The notes under the pieces: model-generated
Seen by the model: the letters and a program-made list of their open reading frames with translations, nothing else
Databases searched by the model: none
Told to the model about the DNA's origin: nothing
Made by a program: the position numbers and the translations under genes
NCBI GenBank assembly: GCA_023213395.1
Contig: CM041465.1
Location: 208,451,741-208,515,740 of the forward strand
Direction of reading: 5' to 3'
Source: Cycas panzhihuaensis
Taxonomy: Eukaryota; Plantae; Cycadophyta
DNA: 64,000 nucleotides
Shown: one piece after another, positions 53,967 through 64,000 of the stretch
How the letters are laid out: every line of letters begins with the position of its first letter
Position numbering within the stretch: the stretch's first letter is position 1

Positions 53967-54517
53967 CATAATGGTCAAGATTATCTTTAAGTAAGTGAAT
54001 ATATTATTAGCCAGTGACTTTTTTGTAGGAGGAAGGAGATATAAAAGTAATGGAAATTTCATATCTCATGTCAAGTTCTTTGTACTACCATCTTTTCAAA
54101 AATTTCCTTTAAAATAGGGACATCTTTTAAGTAGTGGCTAATGAGATGTTAGGCATATTTTAATATTTTATATATGTGCTAATATTTGTGTGGTGCATGC
54201 TAAGCTTTGTGATGTGCCTGTAATAACATAAAATACTAATAATATATGAAATGCATTACTAATGCTTACCACTACTGTATATGAGAATTACAAAGCATTC
54301 TATGATAATCTAAGGTACTTATAAAGGTTAACATTTAAATGGGTATTTGATGTATCAATGTAGTTATAAATATGAGTGTTGTAGCTATACATTTAGTATG
54401 TAAGACAATATAAAGAAGGTTTCCATAGCATTATAATGAATTTCCATTGCCTATTACTCTTCTATATTGTAAGTGTCAACATAACTTAGATAATTGACCA
54501 ATTAAATCCAAATAATA

Positions 54518-54545
54518 CACACACACACACACACACGCACACACG

Positions 54546-54595
<50 letters not shown>
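54518..54595. repeat. (CA)n microsatellite
   Basis: Seen directly. Confidence 0.98.
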
Positions 54596-54596
<1 letters not shown>

Positions 54597-55313
54597 GATA
54601 TTGTTTATAACATCATAAAACTAACTTTAAAAAGTATCATTTAATTTTAAGTTCTACTTGGATAAGATGATTATTTGTGTTAGATTTAAGATTTTATCTT
54701 AAAATATGGTTAATTAACTAGGAAACATCTCTAATAAAATTAAAAGCCAACATTATGCAATTATCAATATCATTAATTTTTATATCTACAGTGTAGGGGG
54801 AGCATTAGGTAACAAGCAGTGGTAAGTATGATGAAAATGATGATATGATTATAAATAAAATAAAAAAGACATAATAAATATCATAAAAAGATGAAAATAA
54901 GGTGGAATGAGAAAACATAGGAAAGAGAGAAAAGAACATACACCATATTTTTGTTGGCATCTAATTCTTAGGTCTATAAATATGGTTTCACAAGTTGTAC
55001 AATGACTTAATTTTAAATCATAAGTATAAGTATTTTTTAAGTTTGATGTATCGAGGAGGTCACTAGTCCTATACTTTCTTTGCCTTAAAAAATTGATATG
55101 ATAAAAAGAGAACTAATTTTTCTTTCCATGATAAACATAAAATCCTATTTAATTTATCATATACTTTATCAAACAGAAGGAAAATATTTAGTCACTTGCA
55201 CTTATAAATAAGTCTATAATTAATGATAGGTTAATATGCACAAATTGCATTGATAAGAAACTTTGAGAATGTTCACAAAGAGACATACTGATAAAATTAA
55301 AGTAAAAATAATC

Positions 55314-55480
55314 TTTTTTTTTTTTTAATGATATGTACTGAGCAGATGGAATCAGAGCCCTGTTTGTCAGGTTTTGTCACTCTTTCATTGAGTTCTCCCT
55401 TATAACCCTTATGAGGGTTGAACTTGGAACTTCCAACACTATAAGGTAAATACCTACTAATACACACCAGTGCTTGACCT
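55314..55480 (-). mobile_element. tRNA-derived SINE
   Basis: Minus strand has an A-box-like tggtgtgtattagtagg, a B-box-like agttcaaccc and a 13-nt poly(A) tail. 14-bp TSD aagtaaaaataatc (55300-55313) / aagtataaataatc (55481-55494). Confidence 0.85.
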
Positions 55481-56299
55481 AAGTATAAATAATCAATTCA
55501 ACGCACATTGTTCATGTAATGACCACATTATGAAGATGGTATGGTCAAGCCCTAAAGTGAGAACCTCATGAGGCTTGAAAAAATTTGAAAACTAAGTTTA
55601 AAGAATTTGAAAACTAGCTTTAATGAAATTTCAAAAGCTATTAGTCGAATGTGTATGCATAAAGTACAAGAGACAACTATTAAAAAGCTAATGGAATATT
55701 CTGGTAGGAAAGTGTATTGTTTAAATATATAATGGTTAACATGCTCTGACTAATTGTGCTTCTTAAAACGTAGAGATTGAAAGCCTATCCACCTACAAAA
55801 CGAAGATGAAGCAAGTAATATATTTTATACTATAAAGAGGAGGAACATTAAAAACAAGGCACTTAAGGAGTTGGAACTTTATTTGAGAAAAAGAGACATG
55901 AGAAAAAACCCCAATTAACATTAACAAAAGTGTCAATTTGTTTTACATAAATTTGATGCTTTCAACATAGTTGATATGATGTAAGGTGTTTGTTTGATTT
56001 AGAGTTAAGATGAATTATTAAGCTTTTTGGTACTTTTCCCAAAACTAAAATAGAAAACAATTATAAATTACATAAAATATTTTATGCAAGAAGTCAATTT
56101 AACAAGTTCAATCTCTCTTTATATTTCTATTTCTTAGATGATTACCTATCCATGTGTTGTGTTGATTACCGGCTCTCTCAACAACATAAATCTTCAAAAC
56201 CTTCATACATTTTACAAAATCCTTTGAATTGCCTTAATGCGCTTGAGGTATTTTCTCTAGAATCATGTAGAAAGTAGCATGTCAGCACACACAACAACA

Positions 56300-56570
56300 C
56301 TAACATATGTAACATGGTCATGGAAAGAGCGGATAAGCGTGAAGTTCTAGAAAAAAGATTGGGTGGAATTCACACGGCCACGAAGGTCACTTGGCCAATG
56401 AAATATGTTGTCTGTTCGTTTTGAGCTCCAAGTCCTGGGTACTCGGCTTTTCATATTTAAGTTGAATTAGTCAACAAATATTCAATGTAACGAGCGGCCT
56501 ACCCAAGGATTCGAAGTTTGGGCGCGTTCGGTCCTGAAATATTTATCTGAGTGGTTCGTTTTCCGCTGGT
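56300..56570 (+). promoter_or_regulatory. Candidate unmethylated promoter / first exon
   Basis: CpG retained locally (ggcgcgttcg, cgagcgg); CCAAT at ~56395; possible donor G|GTAAAA at 56569 and acceptor ctcag at 56764. Confidence 0.3.
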
Positions 56571-58269
56571 AAAATAATTATGGCTCTTGCAGTGTATCCT
56601 TTCTTAATTTTTGTTTCCAATAATAAATGTCTGTGCGTTTTGACTGACTCTAACTCTTCACTTCAGCAAAAATGGCAAATGATAGTTCTTCCTTTGCCTG
56701 GTGTTGCACCTTGCATTTACCCACGTTTTACAGTTTTTCAATTTAATTCTCTTGCATTGCTCAGGTTTACAGACTATCTGTGCACCGATGCAGAAATAGC
56801 ATTAAAATTGTTCCCTTCTAAAATATTACACTTGAATCACCCAGTCTAATGATTGTAATTAGAGACTAACTGACACTGGATGCGCCTAGAAAGAACAGTA
56901 ACATTTTTCTTGAATGAATGTGTATGTTATCCATGGCCAAGTTGAGCTTGGTGGGTGTCAATGGTAACCAATGTCATGGTGTCTGCCAACTCATGGCTTT
57001 ACCTGAAGTGAGAAGTATTAACCGCAATGCTGTTGCGATTCCTTCAACCCCAAGGTCAGCAGCAAATATGGCACCAATCGGCCCCAACTGCGAAAATGTA
57101 GATAATGTGAAACATGGTCCGGAGCTTGATCCTGTGACTATGGTAAATAAAGGAAAAGCACCATTTGGCCTCAAACAACAGGTGATTGAATAGCTCTACC
57201 ATGAAAGATGACTTTCCAAGGGAAGCGTCTAGTGAAACAAGGAAAAATGGCAACAAATGGAAATGTTGAAGTCTGCGTGGCTTTATATATAACCAAATAA
57301 TTGCCAAATTAAATTAATGTACAATTTGGGGAGAGTAATTAAATAGAAATGTCTCTATGCCGGCTTTCTTAATGCCTATTTTAGATGCTGGAAGATGGGT
57401 CAGAGGCCAAGAAATTGTTCTCAAAATGAAGCATACTATGGTAATAAAATTCAAGAGGAAGAAATTACAGGGGAGGATAAGAATTCAGGATGGGAAGAAG
57501 TTAAAAATGAGAGAAAGAAAGTGGAGAAGATTGTGAAAAAAACTATTGAACCTACAAAGGAAATAACTCTTAAAGAACAAGACGGGCCCTGACAAAGAAA
57601 TCAAGGTGAGATAGGGGCCCAAGAACGAAAAGGTTGGGAATGGAAAAAAAATAAGATAAGACGCCAGAGGTCTATCTTCTCTGCAAGGAGGATGCCAAAA
57701 TTTCAGACATTGGTACAAACGGGGGCAAAACCAGATTCAAAGTCATTCAATCCAGGAAAATTCAGTTTGGTTGAAGGTTTGGAGAGAATGGAATATCCTT
57801 TGTATAAAGATCTTACGTTGGAATGTTAAAAGGATTAGAGAGCCATGACAGAAGATTATGGTGAAGAGATTGAGAGGAGTCGAGAAAAGGTATTGGACGT
57901 TCCATGTTCATAAGAGATGAAAATAACAGGGTTTAACTTGGAAAGAGTTTTGGAGTACATTTTGCTAGGCAATGAAATTGTCTTCCAATAATGACTATGG
58001 GAGAGGAAGCTTGTTTGCTTATTAATCTTGCTTTTAAAAAAGAACAAAGAAAAAACGTTCCACAAAGAGTAAGCCCTGAAACTAGGTCGATTTTGCATCT
58101 CTAAGACATTCAAAGTGAGCATATTGGTTTTGCTTCCATTTATGCTCCCAATGATGGTAATTGTTTGGCTGGATCTGTCCCCATACCCAAAGTCAGGGGT
58201 GACCATTGGCAAGGAGTGAGGAAAGGCATGGAGCTAGTGGAAAAGGATAGGACTCAAAACTATGACTAG

Positions 58270-59057
58270 ATTGTAGACAGTGACCCAAACTAAGAATGAA
58301 TTGTGGGTTTGCAGTTTTGGACGACCGTGCAATAGATCTACTAAGAAGGTTCTTGCAAAGTCCTAGAAGAGGGGATGGCTGACTGGATACCACTATGAAA
58401 ATTAGAATATATCTCCAAGACCTAAGGGGAGACATGAGAAAGTTGTAGGGCCTCATTTTAGCTCCAAGTTTTCTGGTAGAAGACACGGTTGGGTTGCTAG
58501 TGGACTTGGCATATGATTCATTTTTGTGTTAATGCAATGTGGTCCTATTCTATCCCTATATGAGAGTTGAGGGGGGCGAGGGGGGCTAGGGTCATGACCT
58601 CACACAAGCCTTGGGAGTGAATTTCATAATACCAAATTATGGGTAATAGATCTACAAACCCAAACTAAGATTGAATTTTGGGTGTGTGGTTCAGGATGAC
58701 CATGTAATAGATCTACAAACCCAAACTAAGACTGAATTGTGGGTTAGCAGTTCAGGATGACCATGTGATAGATTTATTGATGAGGTTCTTACAATCTCGG
58801 AAGACCCATATGGCTAATTGGATACCATTGTACAAATTGGAACATACCTCTAAGACTTAAGGGGAGACATGACAAAGTTTTAGGACCTCACTATAGCTCC
58901 AAGTGTGCTAGTAGAAGAGACAATTAGGTTGCTAGTAGACTTGGCCCATGACTCAAATTTGGGATAATGAAAGAGTGTCCTATTCTATCCCTATATGATG
59001 GGGGGTGCATGCATCATAACCTCAATCAAGGCCTAGAAGGGAATTTCATAAATATCC
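58270..59057. repeat. Diverged tandem duplication (~350-bp units) with an extra 61-bp subunit
   Basis: 58283-58633 aligns with 58719-59057; 58644-58704 repeats at 58705-58765. Confidence 0.85.
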
Positions 59058-59115
59058 TTAAGATAAACTCATAAGGATATTTATGAAATTCAAAAGTGTT
59101 AATGTAAACTCTAAA

Positions 59116-59232
59116 TGTGGAGTTACCCACACACCAGTGTGTGGGCAACTTACCCACACATTGGTTAGTAGGAAACCTACTCACACACTGGCATGTGGGA
59201 AGCCTACTTGTATGCCAATATGTGGGTAATCA
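59116..59232. repeat. Short palindromic tandem repeats (~26-bp period), DNA-transposon subterminal-like
   Basis: tacccacacaccagtgtgtggg plus three decayed copies. Confidence 0.7.
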
Positions 59233-60900
59233 CATGGATAGGTAGTTTTGTAGTTTTGATCACCTGGCAATTTGGAAATTGTTGAACATTGCAATTATTA
59301 TCTGATTGGGGAAATTAGGATTGGATTAGGACATTAATACTTGTAATGGTTGGATAGCTATCTAAATTGTTTCATGTTGTAATATACCAAGCGTATTAAA
59401 TCTTTATGATAAATGAATAATCAAAAGGTCTTTGGTCTCAAAGAAATTAAGTTTTTGTGCCGCTAGTCAACCTCATTCTACAAATGTATAGGAGGTTTGG
59501 GTCATTGGTTGCATTTGATTATAATTTTCTTCCAATAGACTAGTTGAGAGGATGGCCTCCTATATTAAGATGATTAGGGATTGCTTGGCTCAACTTTCAC
59601 ATTGAACTTGGTGTGAGAATGCCCTATTCAAACCCCAAATAGATGCCTTTTGACCAAAAGACACTACTTTACAATGTGACTTTTGATCTTTCACTACAAT
59701 AGTCACATGATTAATCTAGACAAAATTAATTGTTGGTAATGCTTCATATCTCTACACATTCATATGGAGTTAGCAACACAATTTTGTTGTAGCCATATTT
59801 AATTTGCCTATGGCATTTAATCATTATCTAAGCCATTTTGTTATGCTATTTTGCATATGCATGCCATTCTTGGAATGACTATTGCAATTCCTAACCTGCC
59901 ACAATCGTTCCATTCTTTAGTGCCATTATCTTTTGACTATTGGAGTTGTTTCAACTAGCAAAGACATTCTATTATGATTGTAGGAGTTGTTCCACTAGTT
60001 GTTCTTCCTATAGTGCCATTTTCGATAGTTGTTTCCCGATTGTTGTACTATTCCAACTATTTGTAATGTTCCCAGCTACCAATTTATGTTGCTAGAGCTG
60101 TTTTTAATGCTTAATTTGGCATTTTCCCACCTATTCATGATTTTTGTGTGTTAGTTTGGTTGCATATGTCTATTCTAGAGTTTGAAAATTGTTGAGCATC
60201 ATTGCTCTACAACTCTAGGTAGTGTTGTTCTCCCCTCTTGTTCCAATGAGTTGCTTCTTCAACTCTATAATCTATACCTACTTCTTTGCTAGCTTATCTT
60301 GCAACCATTAAATTAGGTCATCCTTTGATGTCACTTTATGCAACACCTCCTAGAATTTCTTCACTATTTTCTCATTTACTTTGCCTAATTCCACTACTTG
60401 TTGTTTCTTTAGAGTTTGCTTTTCACCCATGGTTTTCACCTAGTTATGGACATCTTCCAACTCCATAGAATATCCATGGGTTTTCTTTAGTATTTTCACC
60501 TTTTCTTTCTAGAGCTAGATTAATTCTTTCTTGAGATCCTGTAACACAAAAGCCTGGGCCCTTAATTTGCATACCATGGGCTTAATGCCTTTCAGTATGT
60601 GTGTGCCATGTTGTTGCTTAAATTGGCTAGATTCCTCCATAGTGGAGTCATCTTGACACATCCAATTATCACTAAAATTCTTAAAAAAATGCATATACCA
60701 TTTATTTATAATATCTTTTGGTGTAGGTTTGGTTATTGTTGCTGCTATTTGTGGGCCACATCTATTGACTTTATCATATTTTACTTGGATTTGCCCAAGC
60801 AATTCTTGAATCATCTTTATTTTGTTGCCTACATTCCCCCTTGCTTGGGAAATACACTCTATGCGGTCTTGAGGGCTTGATGGCTACTGCAGAGAGGGAG

Positions 60901-63900
60901 TGTGAAATGATGGCTTTCTGGTATTGAAATCAAAGTTTACTACTAAGAAATACGAGAAAGATTTGTAGGTAGAATTAGTCTACCTCATTAATCAATTATT
61001 TTTCATTAATGTTGAACTCATCTTTGTACAATAGCTGATACATAAAAAGATCTATGCAAACTAACTCATACCTCAACTAATTAAACACAAAAAAGGGGGT
61101 TTCATAACATTAAGTTATGAACCTAGACATTAAACATTAATTTTTTAACATTCCCCCTTAATGTTTATATCATTAATCCTAACAACCCCCCCATCATTGA
61201 ACTTTTGGAATTTGTCTTGTGCTAGAGGTTTGGCTAAGATGTTTGTCAGTTGTTCATATATAGATTTGTACACTAGCTCGATTTCTCCATTCTAGATCAG
61301 TTCTTTGATGAAGTGATGATACACCTCAACATGCGTGGTGCGAGCATGAAACACTAGATTCTTGGATTCATTGCATCCTCTTGATGAAGATCCATGTCAC
61401 CAAGAATTTGTATGAACTAGAGGGCTTCTATAGCTGTTGCAATTGCAACTTTGTACTCAAATTTAGTAGAGTAAAGAGTAAGATGAGACTGCTTCTTATT
61501 GCTCCATGTCATTGCAGTTGATACCAAATTGAAATAGTAACCACATGTGGACCTCCTACTATCTACACAACCAACCTTATCTAAATTTGTAAATCCCTTC
61601 AACCTAAAGTTGTCACTATGCATAAATTGAAGTCCATATTGTAGTGTTCCCTATAAGTATTTTAGGTTTCGCTTTGTAGTTACCCAATGGCTCTACTTTA
61701 GCTCTGCCATGAATTTGGAAACCATTCAAACTACAAAGAAAATGTTAAGTTTGGTGATAGTCAGATAAATGAGACTATCAACTGACTAACTATATAGAGT
61801 TCCATCCATCATTGTTCTATCAACTTCAACTGTCAACTTCGTGCTTATCTCCATGGGGCTGGTGTAGGCTTCTAATCTTTCATTCTAAATATCTTCAGAG
61901 TCTCTCTAGTATATTTTGCCTACGAAATGAAGTTTCTACCAAGTTTCTGCAAAACTTTCACTCCAAGGAAGTGGTGAAGTATACCAAGATATGTTATTTT
62001 AAAAGTCCATCTTAGATCTTTCTTCAGGTTTGATATTATTCCTTGTGATCAATAAATCATCAACATATAACACCGTAAAGGTTACACTGTTCTCATGAAC
62101 CTTTATGTATAGGTTTGATGTAACGAACCGTTACACCCAAACCTCAAGGTGTTAGTGAACATCGTTCAGGTGTGTAACATTACCTTCTCCACAAGGTGTC
62201 GATGTCTTGGCGACCCATTCTCGGTGACCCACTCTTGATAATTTCGCGCCCCATCGGTCCCTAGGTGAACATTACTATGTCGACATTCTACCAAGGTGCC
62301 CTTCAAGAATAGAACCCATGACCTTGGCTCTGATACCATTTGTAACGAACTATTACACCAAAACTTCAAGGTGTTAGTGAAGATCGTCCAGGTGTGTAAC
62401 ATTTGAGTTAGCTGGCAATCTTTCAAAACCAATTTTCAGAAAATACCTATCAATTTTCTTATGTCAAGCTCTAGGAGCTTGCTTCAAGCCACACAAAGCC
62501 TTTTTCAACTAAACAACCATTGCCAAATCTTGATAGTAACCATCTTTGCTATTAGAGCAAAAGTTTCTTGGTAGTCAATCCCTTTCTTTTGATTAAAGCC
62601 TTTGACTACTAGTCGAGCTTTCTGCTTGTCGATTATGGCATCAAATTTGTATTTGGTCTTATAGACGCATTTGCATCTGATTGCCTACTTCCTTATTGAT
62701 AATTCCACCAAGTCTCAAGTGTAATTTTACTTCATTACTTGGATTTCTGTGTCCATAGCAACATTCTACTTTTTCTCTTTACTTGCCTCGTCAAAAGTGG
62801 AAGGCGCATCAACATGCAACACCTATGCCATGAGACCATAGTTGACCTATTTAGAAGGTCTCATCTTGGACTTTTTCTTACGTTCTATATTTGATAACTA
62901 ATTTTGAACTTCACTGATGGTTTTCAAGTCCCATTTGGGCAACTTTTTCTCATGGAGGAGGAGGAGCAACTTCAAGCTCAAGCTCCTTAAACTAGAATGA
63001 TTCTATCTCTACCAGATCATTAACTTCAAGCTCATCAGCCTCATCTATAGGTTCTGCCTCAGGTATTGCAATATAGCACAATGAATTAAATTCAGGTTAT
63101 TCCTTGACCTATTGCTTGGCATTAAAATCTTCCTTGTCATTTTCTTCAAAGATGACATCACGAGTTGTTTGCACCTTTTTGGTTTGCAACTCAAAAGTTT
63201 GCTAAACTTTACTCTATTTAGAATATCCAACCAGAACACTCTTGGAACTTTTATCATAAAATTTTTGCCTCTTGTCCTTGGGGTATGCATATACGCAATG
63301 CACCCAAATACTCTAAGACGGTTCACAATCGATCTCCTATATGACCAAGGCTCCTCGAGTGTTATATTTCAAACTGCCTTTGTAGGACATTTGTTGTGTA
63401 GATATGCTGCAACATCCATTGCTTTTGCCCACAAATATTCTGCAACATCTTTCCCTTTCATCATAGACTTAGCTTTTTCAACTAATGTCCTATTCATGCA
63501 TTTAGCCACTCCATTCTATTGTTGTGTGTAGGCAACTGAGAACTACCTCATGATGCCATAATCTTCACAGAATTGATTGAATTCATTAGATGTGAACTCG
63601 CTTCCATTATTAGTGTAAAGAATTTTTATCTAGTGCCTTGATTCATTATCTGCCAACTTCTTAAATTGTTTAAAAATAGTGAAGATATGTGGCTTCTCCT
63701 TTAAGGGATACACTAAAACCTTCTTAGAAAAATCATCAATAAATGGCAAGAAACACTTGGCTTCACCAAGTGATGTTGTTAGCACTGGCCTATAGATCTT
63801 AAAGTGAACCAACCCGAGTTTCTCCTTTGTTCTCTAGGAAATGGTTCACTATGTTGCTTACCTATAATACAAGCACAAGCAGTTTTTAAGCTTGATTTAA

Positions 63901-64000
63901 GGCAAGCCATATACTATATTTAATTTATGTATCAATTGAAGACTTGTGTAGTTCAAATGTGCCATATGTTCATGACATAATTTTTGTTTTGAAGATACAA
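60901..64000 (-). mobile_element. Decayed Ty1/copia on the minus strand (3' LTR 60901-61150, PPT 61151-61160, RNaseH, RT, INT); runs off the window
   Basis: Minus strand ARTTHVEVYHHFIKELI...ILAKPL, GCVDSRRSTCGY, LRVFGCIAYMH, FIDDFSKK; ttccccctta is the PPT complement. Confidence 0.92.
62119..62401 (-). mobile_element. Ultra-small non-autonomous LTR retrotransposon (TRIM/SMART-like), 283 bp with 61-bp LTRs
   Basis: Direct repeats 62119-62179 and 62341-62401 (TG...CA, 55/61 identical). PBS complement tggctctgatacca 62325-62338; PPT complement ttaccttctcc 62180-62190; perfect TSD TTTGA 62114-62118 / 62402-62406. The host RT frame rejoins when the element is removed. Confidence 0.95.

Noticed and set aside
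54792-54821. Possible 30-nt micro-exon (ctacag|...|gtaagt; VGGALGNKQ)
   Set aside because: Splice-like signals alone are common, and there is no linked exon or homology evidence.
55395-55475. tRNA gene
   Set aside because: No cloverleaf; the poly(A) tail and TSD indicate a SINE.
57395-57720. K/E-rich ORF with a knuckle-like remnant (LINE ORF1 or gag)
   Set aside because: Too degenerate to assign, and no downstream pol or endonuclease was recognised.
59116-59232. CRISPR-like short palindromic repeats
   Set aside because: No unique spacers and no cas genes, and the context is eukaryotic TE DNA.
62166-62432. 88-aa ORF through the mini LTR element
   Set aside because: Starts in the host RT and reads through LTR and PBS; incidental.
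63112-63531. 139-aa plus-strand ORF and similar hydrophobic ORFs in the track
   Set aside because: Antisense shadows of integrase/RT remnants.

Overview
AT-rich, repeat-saturated plant nuclear DNA. The style of the elements suggests a gymnosperm, but that is inference. No intact protein-coding gene is evident. About 85% of the window is nested, decayed Ty1/copia and Ty3/gypsy LTR retrotransposons, whose reading frames are broken mainly by C>T/G>A transitions (CAA/CAG>TAA/TAG, TGG>TAG/TGA). Four large elements keep both full LTRs: copia 15258-22731, Tork-like copia 28352-33395, chromoviral gypsy 35656-49892, and a young copia 36691-44227 with a perfect GCTGT target-site duplication (TSD) nested in that gypsy. 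There is also a tRNA-derived SINE with TSD (55314-55480), two microsatellites, a CpG-retaining gene-like patch (~56.3-57.3 kb) and tandem/palindromic repeats (58.3-59.2 kb). The most notable finding is a complete 283-bp LTR element (62119-62401, minus strand) with 61-bp LTRs, PBS, PPT and a perfect 5-bp TSD; a Pol III B-box-like motif lies just downstream of its PBS. Other highlights are a conserved, hairpin-rich ~450-nt leader domain shared by two copia elements with unrelated LTRs, Q/G/Y-rich prion-like Gag tails in the same two elements, a relic second PPT+LTR inside the young copia, and an apparent intra-element inversion. Coordinates of decayed domains are approximate and were read by eye.
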